From: Terrimicrobiaceae bacterium | Lineage (GTDB): Bacteria > Verrucomicrobiota > Verrucomicrobiia > Chthoniobacterales > Terrimicrobiaceae | DNA: 64,000 bases | Assembly: GCA_041752695.1 (NCBI GenBank) | Contig: JBGSVZ010000062.1 | Span: 1-64,000 of the forward strand | Reading direction: 5' to 3' | Position numbers and translations under genes: made by a program | Shown: piece by piece, positions 27,028-36,747 of the stretch | Numbering within the stretch: position 1 is the stretch's first letter | Layout of the letters: each line of letters opens with the position of its first letter | The notes under the pieces: model-generated | Databases searched by the model: none | What the model was told of the DNA's origin: nothing | What the model saw: only the letters and a program-made list of their open reading frames with translations

Positions 27028-28215
27028 TCAGCGAGGATCGGTGACGCGTCCGAGGAAAAGGCACGCCCCGCTTGGGCGGTGCTGGATGGCAAAAAGAAAT
27101 GGCCGGTCCACCCGGACTTCGACGGGTTCAGGTTTTTCCACCGGCATGCTCATCGCGCGCATCATGACAACCGCCGTGGCCGCGGCCGCTTCGGTGCCCT
27201 TTTCGTCAATCTCGACGACGGTTTTGTGGAAAACATTCGAGATGTAGAGGTAGTCGTTGGGCCGGCGGGGCGCGATGCCATCGAAGTTCGCGCTGCCCGG
27301 GGGAAGATTAAACGCGCTTTTCATGCCCAGAGCCTTGAGCGTGTCGCCCAGGGCGAAGAGCGGGGGCTCGAGTTTGAATTTGGGTAAAAACAATCGCACC
27401 TGCCCGGACGGAAGCATCGCGGCCTCGGCCAGCAGGGCTGGTGTGAGGGATTTCTCCAAGGCGGGCAGGCCGGCGGCAGTGTCGGGCAGAAGAATCAGAA
27501 ACTGCAAATCTCCGCCCGAATACGGCAGCGATACCGCGGTGTAGCCCTCCCGCTTCTGGTATCCGAAGGAATCCTCGCGGGTCATGGTGGACACGTCCGC
27601 TTTTTTGCCATCCGCCAGATGAAACGGCTGGGGAACGGTCGCGCCTTTCGCAAAGGCCTCGGCCCACGGGGCCTTTAAATAAAGGGCATTAACCAGCACC
27701 AGCCCGGTTTCTTCCGTGATGGCGTTTTCAGGAATGAGATCGCGGATGCGGTCCTTCGTTTGTGTCTCCACCCAGGCGTTGATGATGTCGCGGGATTCTT
27801 TTGGTGCGTTCTCAAAATCCAACGGCTCGAGGGGGGCCCCGAAACTTTCCTTCACCAGGGTCAAATACGCCGGACGAAAATCGTAGCCCTTCTGGCCGAA
27901 AAGCCGGTTGGCCACGCTCAACGTGATTTCCTCGGGGACGGAGGTGATTTGTTTTTGCAAAGCCGCGAAGGCCGGGACGGCATCCTTGGGCAGATGCAGC
28001 ACGGAAGCCATCTGATCCCGCGTGTCGCCCTCGGCACCGGCGTAGGTCATGACCAGCGCGGTCTGGATGGAAAACGGCGAGAGGGCCGAGTTCTCCCCCG
28101 GCCGGGCGGCTCGTTCCAACAACTCGATGCCAAGGGTGTTGATTGCCGTGGCGGCGGGGTCGGCGGCCACGAGCGGCGTGACGAGAGAAAGCAGGGGGAG
28201 GAGGAATTTTTTCAT
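27028..28215 (-). CDS. Secreted serpin (serine protease inhibitor)
   Basis: SPFSI, LVLVNALYLKAPW, LPKFKLE, DEKGTEAAAATA hinge and DRPFLFAI...LFLGRV motifs. Confidence 0.96.
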   Translation of the reverse strand: MKKFLLPLLSLVTPLVAADPAATAINTLGIELLERAARPGENSALSPFSIQTALVMTYAGAEGDTRDQMASVLHLPKDAVPAFAALQKQITSVPEEITLSVANRLFGQKGYDFRPAYLTLVKESFGAPLEPLDFENAPKESRDIINAWVETQTKDRIRDLIPENAITEETGLVLVNALYLKAPWAEAFAKGATVPQPFHLADGKKADVSTMTREDSFGYQKREGYTAVSLPYSGGDLQFLILLPDTAAGLPALEKSLTPALLAEAAMLPSGQVRLFLPKFKLEPPLFALGDTLKALGMKSAFNLPPGSANFDGIAPRRPNDYLYISNVFHKTVVEIDEKGTEAAAATAVVMMRAMSMPVEKPEPVEVRVDRPFLFAIQHRPSGACLFLGRVTDPR

Positions 28216-28222
28216 AATCTTT

Positions 28223-29221
28223 TCAGACGAGTCGGCCGGTCGCAGCATCACCGTCCCGGTACGTCATCCAGCGGCGGTAGGGTTGGTATTTATTGGATTC
28301 GGTGGCGGGCTGGCAGCGTTTCTCCAGGGCGGCCATTTCGGCCGCGGGCATGGCGGAAAACGTGGCGGCGATCGCGGCGTTTTCGCGGAGCTGCTCGACG
28401 GATTGGATGCCGCTGATGAGCGTCGCCACGGGGTGGGAAAGCGTGTAGGTGAGGGCCTCGCGCAAGGTCACGATCCCATCGCGAAATGGCGCGCCGTTTC
28501 CTCCCAATGACTTCATGGCGAGGGGCGCGATCTGGCGTTTCCGCAAGTCCGGCAGCACCTGACGAACAAAGGCGTCGGAGTTGGCTTCGATGGCCGACAC
28601 CGGCAACTGACAGGCGTCGAATGCATACCCGCCCTTTAACATCGCGAGATGGACCTCGGGTTCGGTGTGCCCAGTAAATCCCACGAAACGCACCTTGCCC
28701 TGCTGCCGCGCTTCGTCGAGCGCTTCCAACACCCCGCCAGGCGCGTAGGCGCTTTTCACCTGATCTTGACTGGCCACGGCATGCACCTGCCAGAGATCCA
28801 GATGATCGGTGCCGAGGCGTTTGAGGGATTCCTCCAGCATCCGCATGGCTACTTTTTTGCCCCGGCCATGCGTGCAGACCTTCGTCATCAGAAAAATGCG
28901 GTCGCGTTTGCCCGCGATGCAGCGGCCCATCAGTTCCTCCGACCGACCATCGTGATAGTCCCACGCGTTGTCGAAAAAGGTCACCCCCAGATCCAGAGCC
29001 ACATCAACGATCTTCTGCGCCTCGGCGTCGTCAGCCAGTCGCAGCGCGTGACCCCCAAGCCCGAGGCTGGAAATTTTCACGTCGTGCCGACCGAATTTCC
29101 GTTGTGGGACGGGCTCATTCGTCGCAGCCAGGGCCCCTCTCCGACTGAGCAATGCGGCCGCACCCGCCAGTCCGACGGTCTTGAGAAACGCGCGGCGTTC
29201 CGTGGAAAAAATGTCCGACAT
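28223..29221 (-). CDS. Aldo/keto reductase with Tat signal
   Basis: RRAFLK Tat motif; GLGG, FFDNAWDY and SLKRLGTDHLDLWQVH motifs. Confidence 0.92.
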   Translation of the reverse strand: MSDIFSTERRAFLKTVGLAGAAALLSRRGALAATNEPVPQRKFGRHDVKISSLGLGGHALRLADDAEAQKIVDVALDLGVTFFDNAWDYHDGRSEELMGRCIAGKRDRIFLMTKVCTHGRGKKVAMRMLEESLKRLGTDHLDLWQVHAVASQDQVKSAYAPGGVLEALDEARQQGKVRFVGFTGHTEPEVHLAMLKGGYAFDACQLPVSAIEANSDAFVRQVLPDLRKRQIAPLAMKSLGGNGAPFRDGIVTLREALTYTLSHPVATLISGIQSVEQLRENAAIAATFSAMPAAEMAALEKRCQPATESNKYQPYRRWMTYRDGDAATGRLV

Positions 29222-29287
29222 GGCGAACTCTTACACCGCTTCCGCTCCGACGGCAAAGCCGCAGATTTTCCAGCCCCTGCGGCGGGG

Positions 29288-29665
29288 CTAGCGGCCGTTC
29301 TTTGCGGCTTGGGTGACTTTCTCCATGGCCTTGGTGATGCAGGCGGTCGCCGCGTCAAGGCGGGCGGCGTTGAGCTCCGCCACCGCGAGATCAATTTGCT
29401 CGATAGCCACATCCGATGCGCTGCCCTTGTTCTTTTTCGCCGTGTCGAGATGGACCTTCGCGGCTTGCAGGTTGGCGGACGCAGTGGCGAGATGCCGCGC
29501 GGAATCGCCAGCGTGGCTCTTCTCGATCTGCTTGAGCGCGACCGTGAGCGATTCGTAGGCGGCGGAAATCTTCGGCTGCTTGGGCCAGATGGGCCGGTCA
29601 GCAAAGGCGCCACTGGCGAAGACGAGCAGGGTGACGATCGTGAGGATTATGGTGTGGTGTTTCAT
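29288..29665 (-). CDS. Small secreted helical protein
   Basis: Signal peptide ending AFA|D; ATGA overlap with the kinase stop. Confidence 0.75.
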   Translation of the reverse strand: MKHHTIILTIVTLLVFASGAFADRPIWPKQPKISAAYESLTVALKQIEKSHAGDSARHLATASANLQAAKVHLDTAKKNKGSASDVAIEQIDLAVAELNAARLDAATACITKAMEKVTQAAKNGR

Positions 29666-31950
29666 GGTGTGGTGGGTTGGGTGGATTTTTCTGTAGCCAC
29701 CTCGCTGGCGGGTTTGTTGTCGATGGTGCGGGTGCCCGTCAGGCCGGGGGTCTTGAGCTTGGGATATTTTGCCTCAAGTTCTTCGACGGGAAGAGCGGTG
29801 ATCTCGATTTTGAGCCAGGTTTCTCCGGAGTCGTTTTCCCTTATCGTGTTGTTCGCGTAATATTTGTAAGTGAGCACATAGCTATTTATGTGCCCTTGGG
29901 GATCCTGGCGTGTCTCGATGTCCGGTTGCAGACTGGGAAACTTATCCATGGCGAAGAGGAAGCCGCCATTGAAGTTCACGCGCATCAGGTAGGAGTCGGG
30001 GTTGTCTTCATTCTCATCCCCGTTATGCCATATCGGATTTCCCTCCATGATCTGGACGCCACTTCCATTGCCGTCCTTAGGCTTGGCAGCATACTCCTGC
30101 ACGATGGCTTCGGCATATTTTTCCCCATTGAATTTCATCATAAGAGCGGGGTTGGACGTCCATCGAACGACGAGGCCAAGGTCACTCCGGGTCGGCGTGT
30201 AGATGAATTTCCTCAGGCCATAATCATCGGGCGGGACGCGAGTTTCCTTCAGCATGGGTTCGCCGGGGGCGAGCGGCGGCTCGGCGGCTTTTTTCTGCGA
30301 GTCGTTCTTTTCCTGCGGGGCGGGGTCATCAATCCACATGGCGACTTCACCAGTGGTCTCGCCGGGGCCGCGCAGAGCGGGGTATTTTGCTTTCAACTCC
30401 TGATGCGAGACCGCGAGGACTTCAAATTCGAAAAACGGTTCGCTCGCGGTTCCGATCTTTCGCTTGAAGATGTATTTGATCCCCTCGGAGGAATGCGTGA
30501 CGTCCACGTCGTCGAAGGGGATTCGGTCGGCAAAAAAGAGATCTTCGTTCTCGTACTCTTTGAAAATGCCCGATACCAGCCGGACCGTGGTATCTCCGTC
30601 CGTTTTGTCCCGGTGCCAAACCGGGACGCCCTGCGTGAGAATGAGGACGTTTTCTCCCTCGTCTTTTAAGGGAGGCACCTGCACCCACTCCCAAAGCGTG
30701 TTGAAATCATATCCCTCCGCTCGTTCTTCCCCGGTCATGAGGTCTGCGGCGCAACGGAGGCGAACGAGGAGCCCGGAATCAGGCCGCGCCGGGATAAAGA
30801 TCCGCGTGAAAAGGCCACTTGCCTTATCCGTGAAAACGAACCGGCGCAGGCTGGGAGTGGCATCGCTGGATTTCTCAACGGCCTCGGCGGGGACTCCGCC
30901 CGGCAGGGTGGTCTGTGCTTCCGGGGATTCAGGGCGGGAGTTTTTGAAAACCCATGCGACCATCAAACATGTGAAGGCAATCCCGGCGACGAGCGCGGCA
31001 GGAACCAGCCAGCGCCGGACTCCAGGCTTGGGCACGGCTGCGACGCCGGAACGGATGCTGTCCACATCCGTCTTCATCTCGCTGGCCTGCTGGTAGCGGA
31101 GGTCGGGTTCGAGCTGGAGGGCCTTGAGGACAACTTCGTCGATCCGCACATCGACCTGCACTTTGCGGGACGGGGGAGCCCACGCGCCGCGGGGAAGCTG
31201 GCCGGTGAGCATTTCGTAGAGCATGACACCAAGGGCGTAGATGTCGGCGCGCAGGTCGGTCTGTCCCTGCCGTTGTTCGGGAGCCATGTAGTCGGGCGTG
31301 CCGAGGGCGACGTTGGAGAGCGTGATGTTGCCGTGGTCCTCGCGGTCGGGCCGGGCGAGGCCGAAGTCCGCGAGCTTCACGCGGCCATCCTTGGTGATGA
31401 GGATGTTGGCGGGTTTGATGTCGCGATGGATCACGCCCTGGCAATGGGCGGCGTGGAGCGCTTCGCAAATCTGCGTGATAAGTTCGAGAGCCTGACCGGG
31501 CTCGAGTCCCGGGCCTTGCAGGATGCGCTGCAAGTCGGTGCCTTCGACGTATTCCATCACGAAATAAAGATGCCCGTCGGTGGTCTGGCCGAAGTCGTAA
31601 ATGGAGACGATGCCGGGATGTTGCAGGCTGGCGAGGGTTTTCGCCTCGCGCTCGAAACGGGTGACAAATTGCTCGTCGGCGGTCAACTCGGCGGGCAGCA
31701 ATTTGATGGCCACCGGTCGGGCGAGCTTTTCCTGAAATCCCTTGTAAACCGCGCCCATGCCGCCCCGGCCGAGCAGACTCTCGATGTGATATTGGGGCAG
31801 GAGGCGGGCCAGTTCCTCCGGAGTGGGGGGAGTCCAGTGGTGGACGGGACCGGAGGGATGAACGGTATTGAGGCCGCGGGCGAGAAGCTCACCGGGATCG
31901 AGGCCATGAAGCTCGGGCGCGGCGGGATTGGTCGGATCGGGTTGGTCCAT
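29662..31950 (-). CDS. Membrane Ser/Thr protein kinase (Hanks type)
   Basis: LGRGGMGAVY, VAIK, HRDIKPANIL, DFGLA and GTPDYMAPE motifs; one TM helix; large C-terminal region. Confidence 0.96.
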   Translation of the reverse strand: MDQPDPTNPAAPELHGLDPGELLARGLNTVHPSGPVHHWTPPTPEELARLLPQYHIESLLGRGGMGAVYKGFQEKLARPVAIKLLPAELTADEQFVTRFEREAKTLASLQHPGIVSIYDFGQTTDGHLYFVMEYVEGTDLQRILQGPGLEPGQALELITQICEALHAAHCQGVIHRDIKPANILITKDGRVKLADFGLARPDREDHGNITLSNVALGTPDYMAPEQRQGQTDLRADIYALGVMLYEMLTGQLPRGAWAPPSRKVQVDVRIDEVVLKALQLEPDLRYQQASEMKTDVDSIRSGVAAVPKPGVRRWLVPAALVAGIAFTCLMVAWVFKNSRPESPEAQTTLPGGVPAEAVEKSSDATPSLRRFVFTDKASGLFTRIFIPARPDSGLLVRLRCAADLMTGEERAEGYDFNTLWEWVQVPPLKDEGENVLILTQGVPVWHRDKTDGDTTVRLVSGIFKEYENEDLFFADRIPFDDVDVTHSSEGIKYIFKRKIGTASEPFFEFEVLAVSHQELKAKYPALRGPGETTGEVAMWIDDPAPQEKNDSQKKAAEPPLAPGEPMLKETRVPPDDYGLRKFIYTPTRSDLGLVVRWTSNPALMMKFNGEKYAEAIVQEYAAKPKDGNGSGVQIMEGNPIWHNGDENEDNPDSYLMRVNFNGGFLFAMDKFPSLQPDIETRQDPQGHINSYVLTYKYYANNTIRENDSGETWLKIEITALPVEELEAKYPKLKTPGLTGTRTIDNKPASEVATEKSTQPTTP

Positions 31951-32032
31951 GTAAGGGCCTTTCACCCCTTATTTAAGGAATTCCCCCCGGCGGGTTGCAG
32001 CCGCAGGAAATTTTTTTGAAAAATCTTTCCGC

Positions 32033-32761
32033 TCACACACATCCCAGGAGTTCGGCCAGTTCGCCTTTGATTTCCTCAGGCGTGGGATTTTCGAGAGTGA
32101 GGGCGACCTGCTCAAAGAGAAGTTTGCGCCAGCGTTCGCGCAGGCGGAAGACCTTGTTCTTCAGCGTGCCGATGGGAGTGGCCAGGGTGAGGGAGATTTC
32201 TTCATAACGCCGCTCGGGTTCCGCGCCGAATCCCAGGAAGGGCCGCAAGGCCTCGAACAAGGCGGACTGGCCGCCGGCGGCGTATTCCGCGGCGAGAAGC
32301 CGAAGGGAGTCGTCCAGCACCGTCAACGCCCACCGGCGCTGAAACAAGCGGTCCGGAGCGAGGGAATCCACCTGCTCCAGCGCGTACCGTTCCTCCGCCT
32401 CCGCGGGATCAAAACGAACCAGAACGGCTGCCCCGCGTTTCTGCGCCATGGCACGGTCCCGTTCGTCCGCCTGAAAATTTCGCGCACACGCGAGGAGAAA
32501 CGTGCGCAGTCGACCCTTGTCAGGATTGGCGGCAGCGAGAATCTCATGGGTCAGCAACCTAGCGAAAAATCCCTGGGTGAGATCCTCCGCATCCTGCGCA
32601 TTCTTCGAGGAACAGCGGAAATAGGCATAAAGTGGATACCAGTAAGACTCGCACAAAGTGGCCATGGCCTGCCGCCCCGCCAGATCGTCGCCCTCGACCG
32701 CACGCCGGACGACACTCCAACTGGTCGTCTGAAAAGAATGCCCATGTAGGGATGTTGTCAT
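32033..32761 (-). CDS. ECF sigma factor associated with a Ser/Thr kinase
   Basis: FQTTSWSVV, YWYPLYAY, DAEDLTQGFF and GRLRTFLL; region 4 with KVFRLRER. Confidence 0.88.
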   Translation of the reverse strand: MTTSLHGHSFQTTSWSVVRRAVEGDDLAGRQAMATLCESYWYPLYAYFRCSSKNAQDAEDLTQGFFARLLTHEILAAANPDKGRLRTFLLACARNFQADERDRAMAQKRGAAVLVRFDPAEAEERYALEQVDSLAPDRLFQRRWALTVLDDSLRLLAAEYAAGGQSALFEALRPFLGFGAEPERRYEEISLTLATPIGTLKNKVFRLRERWRKLLFEQVALTLENPTPEEIKGELAELLGCV

Positions 32762-32983
32762 GGTTGTAAACGGGCCACGACGGATGCCCATGGGCGGGCA
32801 CCGATACACAAAAGGAACGCTGCTGGCAAAGAACGAAAAATGCCGCTGATCTTGCCGTCCGTCACCAGACGACGGATTTTATCGGAGCTGCCGCCGGCAG
32901 TCGTCGAAAGACCGGGGCGAACGATTCTCCGGACCAAATATATTGGACCCGCAATTTTCCTCCACTCGTCGTATAATTTAGAA

Positions 32984-34222
32984 GTGGACTTGCTTACCCT
33001 CCAGCAACTCGGTGTTTCCCTCGGCCTCGGCCTCCTCCTTGGGCTCGAACGCGAACGCAAGGAACGTTCCATCGCGGGCATCCGCACCTTTCCTTTCATC
33101 GCCCTGTTCGGCACGGTCTGCGCCCAAGTCGGACAGAGCTTCGGAGGGTGGATCGTCGCGGGCGGACTGCTTTCCCTTGCCGCCGTGGTGATTTTTGCCA
33201 ACCACGTCAAAACGAAGGCCGGGGCCGTCGATCCCGGCATGACGACCGAAATTGCCGCGCTGCTGCTTTATGTCGTCGGAGCTCTCATCGTCGTCGGCAG
33301 CATGAGCGCAGCCATCGTGATTGGGGGCGTGATGGCGCTCATTCTGCACCTCAAACAACCCATGCACGGTTTTGCCGCCGCCGTGGGCGAACGGGACATG
33401 CGGGCGATCATGCAATTTGTTGTGCTTACGCTCATCATTCTGCCCGTGCTGCCGAACCGCGACTTCGGACCTTATGCGGTTTGGAATCCCTTCAAAATCT
33501 GGCTCATGGTGGTGCTCATTGTTGGCATCAGCCTCGGTGGCTACGTGGCCTACAAACTGTTCGGATCCAAAGCAGGTACGCTCCTTGGCGGAGTGATCGG
33601 CGGGCTGATTTCCAGCACCGCTACTACCGTCAGCTACGCGCGCCGCTGCGCCGCAAAAGCCGCCCTCGCTCCACTAGCCGCGCTTGTCATCATGATCGCG
33701 TCCAGCCTGTCGCTCGCCCGCGTCATTGTGGAAATCGCCGCCGTCGCGCCAGGATCGCTCGCCGAGATGGCCCCTCCCATTGCGGTCTTGCTCGGGATCT
33801 GCATCCTCATTTCCGGAGCCCTGTATTTTCTCGCCCCGAAAGATGCCGGTGAGATGCCCGAGCAAAAAAATCCCGCCGAGATGAAATCCGCCTTCGTTTT
33901 CACCGCGCTTTATGCTGGTGTCTTGCTGGCCGTGGCGGCGGCCAAAGACCATTTCGGATCGGCCGGCCTTTACGCGGTGGCCGTGATTTCGGGACTCACC
34001 GACATGGACGCGATCACCCTTTCCACCGCGCATCTCGCAGAGGCCGGAGGCGTGGACAAAAACACCGCTTGGCGCGCCATCGTCATCGCGGCCATGGCGA
34101 ACTTTGTTTTTAAGTTTGGCGTCGTCGCCGCGCTCGGTCGGGGAGCCCTGAGTTCGCGCATCGCCGTCGCCTTCGGGCTCGCCATTGTCAGCGGCGGGCT
34201 GTTGATCTGGCTTTGGCCTTAG
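32984..34222 (+). CDS. MgtC/SapB family membrane protein with DUF4010
   Basis: LLGLERE...AGIRTF, GMTTE, GGLISSTATT and SGLTDMDAITLS motifs; GTG start 6 nt after TATAAT. Confidence 0.9.
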   Translation: MDLLTLQQLGVSLGLGLLLGLERERKERSIAGIRTFPFIALFGTVCAQVGQSFGGWIVAGGLLSLAAVVIFANHVKTKAGAVDPGMTTEIAALLLYVVGALIVVGSMSAAIVIGGVMALILHLKQPMHGFAAAVGERDMRAIMQFVVLTLIILPVLPNRDFGPYAVWNPFKIWLMVVLIVGISLGGYVAYKLFGSKAGTLLGGVIGGLISSTATTVSYARRCAAKAALAPLAALVIMIASSLSLARVIVEIAAVAPGSLAEMAPPIAVLLGICILISGALYFLAPKDAGEMPEQKNPAEMKSAFVFTALYAGVLLAVAAAKDHFGSAGLYAVAVISGLTDMDAITLSTAHLAEAGGVDKNTAWRAIVIAAMANFVFKFGVVAALGRGALSSRIAVAFGLAIVSGGLLIWLWP

Positions 34223-34341
34223 TTGGGAGGTCGGAAGTCGGAAGTCGGAAGTCGGAAGTCGGAGTTCGGAGGTCGGAGTTCGGAGTTCGGATTTCGGAGT
34301 TCGGAGTTCGGTGTTCGGTGTTCGGTGTTCGGTGTTGAGCA
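34223..34341 (+). repeat. Heptamer tandem array, 17 units
   Basis: TTGGGAG, GTCGGAA x4, seven (G/T)TCGGA(G/T) units, TTCGGTG x4, TTGAGCA. Confidence 0.97.
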
Positions 34342-36573
34342 TTGGCGGTTAAGAGGGAAAACTTCCCTCCCTTGCCATCCACCGCCCCATCGCCCGCCGA
34401 CGGCCTGTCCGGCTTGATCGAACGCGTCACTTTCCACAGTGAAGAGACGGGGTTTGCCGTCCTGCGCGTGAAAGTAAAAGGCCACCGCGATCTGGTCACC
34501 GTCATCGGCTCCATTCCCTCTGTCACCGCCGGCGAATGGCTGACCGCCGAGGGCCGCTGGGTGCGCGACAAAGATCACGGGCTGCAGCTCAAGGCGGACT
34601 TTCTGAAGTGCAGCGAACCCACCTCAATCGAGGGCATCGAAAAATATCTCGGCAGTGGCCTGATCAAGGGGATCGGGCCGGTCTATGCGAAAAAACTCGT
34701 CGCGCGTTTTGGTGAGAAGGTTTTTGAAGTCATCGAAACCACCTCCGCGCAGCTTGAGCAGATTGATGGCATCGGGCCCGGACGCCGCCGCAAGATCAAG
34801 GAGGCCTGGGCCGAACAGCGTGTGATTCGGGAGATCATGATTTTCCTTCACTCGCACGGCGTGGGAACCAGCCGCGCCACGCGCATTTACAAGACGTACG
34901 GCGAAGCCGCCATCGAGACGGTCCGGTCGAATCCGTACCTCCTCGCGCAGGATATCACCGGAATTGGTTTCAAAACCGCCGATCAGGTCGCGCAAAAGCT
35001 TGGCATCCCCGCCGATTCTCTCATCCGCGCCCGCGCCGGTCTCCGTCATATTCTGCTCGAAGCCACCGGCGCCGGTCACTGCGCGCTGCCCCGCGAAACC
35101 CTGCTGGAACAAACCGCCAAGACCCTCGAGGTGGGCGATCTCATCGTTACGGAAGCCCTGGCGCGGCTCATCTTTGATGCCGAGGCCGTCGAAGACGTCA
35201 TCACGGGCGAGCCCCTCATTTTCCTGCCCGCCCTGCGCGATGCTGAGGCGGGCATTGCCACACGGATGGCGCGCCTGGCCGCGTCTCCCCCAAACTACCC
35301 CGCCATCGACATCGCCAAAGCCATCGCCTGGTGCGAAACCAAGACCGGCACGGTCCTTGCGGCATCCCAGCGCGCGGCGATAGCCGAGGCCATTTCCCAC
35401 CGGGTGTTGGTGATCACCGGAGGGCCCGGGGTGGGCAAAACCACCCTGGTCAATTCCCTGCTCGTTATCCTGCGCGCGAAAAGACTTTCCTGCCTGCTTT
35501 GCGCCCCCACCGGTCGCGCCGCCAAACGCCTCACCGAGACCACTGGCCTCGAAGCCAAAACGATCCACCGCCTGCTGGAATTTCAGTCCGGTGGCGGATT
35601 CGTCCGCGGACCGGACCGCCCGCTCGAGTGCGACCTTCTGGTGGTTGACGAGACCTCCATGGTGGACGTGCCGCTTTTTCACAAGCTCCTCGCGGCGCTC
35701 CCAACCCACGCCCACCTGCTGCTAGTGGGGGACGTGGATCAGCTTCCCTCCGTCGGTCCGGGTGCCGTGCTGGCTGATCTCATCGCCTGCGTGCCCGTCG
35801 TGCGTCTGACGGAAATTTTCCGCCAGGCGGCCTCCAGTCGCATCATCGTCAATGCCCACCGCGTCAACCAGGGACAGATGCCGGAAGACTCGCCGGGCGA
35901 CTCCGATTTTTATTTTGTCGAGCGCGACTCCCCGGAAGCCGCCCAAAACACCCTCGTCCAGTTGGTGCGCGAACGCATTCCCGCCAAGCTCTCCTGCGAC
36001 CCCCTTCGCGACATTCAGGTACTCTGTCCCATGAACCGCGGCACCCTCGGTGCGCGCACCCTGAATGCCCTCCTGCAGAATGCCCTCAACCCGCTCCGCC
36101 CCGGGGAGATGGCGGTGGAAAAATTCGGCTGGCAGTTCCGCCTGCGGGATAAGGTGATCCAAACGCAAAACAACTATGACCGCGAGGTCTTCAACGGTGA
36201 CATCGGCCAGATCACCGCCCTGGACCATGCCGAGCGTGAAGCCGTCGTCCGCTTCGAGGGACGCGACGTCGTGTATGATTTCGGGGAGCTCGACGAAATC
36301 TCCCTCGCCTACGCCATCACGATCCACAAATCCCAGGGCTCCGAATTTCCCGTCGTCGTCCTGCCCGTGTCGATGCAACATTTCCTCCTTCTCCAGCGCA
36401 ACCTCGTCTATACGGGCCTCACTCGCGGAAAGAAGATGGTTGTCATCGTAGGCGAAAAAAAAGCCCTCGGCCTCGCCGTTCGGAATGGTCAGACCAACAC
36501 CCGCCACTCCGGCCTTCTTGCCCGCCTGCGCCTCGCCGGGTCCCGGCTGTCTCAGCCGGGGTCGGGCACCTGA
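34342..36573 (+). CDS. recD2: ATP-dependent RecD-like DNA helicase
   Basis: GLIERVTFH N-terminus, HhH GIGPVYA, TGGPGVGKTT, VVDETSM, GDVDQLPSVG and YAITIHKSQGSEF motifs. Confidence 0.96.
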   Translation: MAVKRENFPPLPSTAPSPADGLSGLIERVTFHSEETGFAVLRVKVKGHRDLVTVIGSIPSVTAGEWLTAEGRWVRDKDHGLQLKADFLKCSEPTSIEGIEKYLGSGLIKGIGPVYAKKLVARFGEKVFEVIETTSAQLEQIDGIGPGRRRKIKEAWAEQRVIREIMIFLHSHGVGTSRATRIYKTYGEAAIETVRSNPYLLAQDITGIGFKTADQVAQKLGIPADSLIRARAGLRHILLEATGAGHCALPRETLLEQTAKTLEVGDLIVTEALARLIFDAEAVEDVITGEPLIFLPALRDAEAGIATRMARLAASPPNYPAIDIAKAIAWCETKTGTVLAASQRAAIAEAISHRVLVITGGPGVGKTTLVNSLLVILRAKRLSCLLCAPTGRAAKRLTETTGLEAKTIHRLLEFQSGGGFVRGPDRPLECDLLVVDETSMVDVPLFHKLLAALPTHAHLLLVGDVDQLPSVGPGAVLADLIACVPVVRLTEIFRQAASSRIIVNAHRVNQGQMPEDSPGDSDFYFVERDSPEAAQNTLVQLVRERIPAKLSCDPLRDIQVLCPMNRGTLGARTLNALLQNALNPLRPGEMAVEKFGWQFRLRDKVIQTQNNYDREVFNGDIGQITALDHAEREAVVRFEGRDVVYDFGELDEISLAYAITIHKSQGSEFPVVVLPVSMQHFLLLQRNLVYTGLTRGKKMVVIVGEKKALGLAVRNGQTNTRHSGLLARLRLAGSRLSQPGSGT

Positions 36574-36625
36574 TTTCCCAGCTTACGCCCGCAAAAAATT
36601 CCTTCCCCGGGCAAGGGATATCAAC

Positions 36626-36654
36626 TTGCCAAGCCCCGATCACTCCCCTACTTT
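36626..36654 (+). promoter_or_regulatory. Promoter of tRNA-Val
   Basis: TTGCCA-17 nt-TACTTT ending 14 nt upstream of the tRNA. Confidence 0.65.
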
Positions 36655-36668
36655 CTCCCTCTCGTTTC

Positions 36669-36740
36669 GCTCGGTTAGCTCAGTGGTAGAGCATCGCCTT
36701 CACACGGCGGGGGTCGTAGGTTCGAAACCTACACCGAGCA
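36669..36740 (+). tRNA. tRNA-Val (anticodon CAC)
   Basis: GCTCGGT/ACCGAGC acceptor stem, AGCTCAGTGGTAGAGC D arm, TT-CAC-AC loop, GTTCGAA T loop; CCA not encoded. Confidence 0.97.
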
Positions 36741-36747
36741 ATTTTTC

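Noticed and set aside
34342..36740. Prophage or integrative element at tRNA-Val carrying recD2
   Set aside because: No integrase, phage genes or att duplication; recD2 lies upstream of the tRNA.
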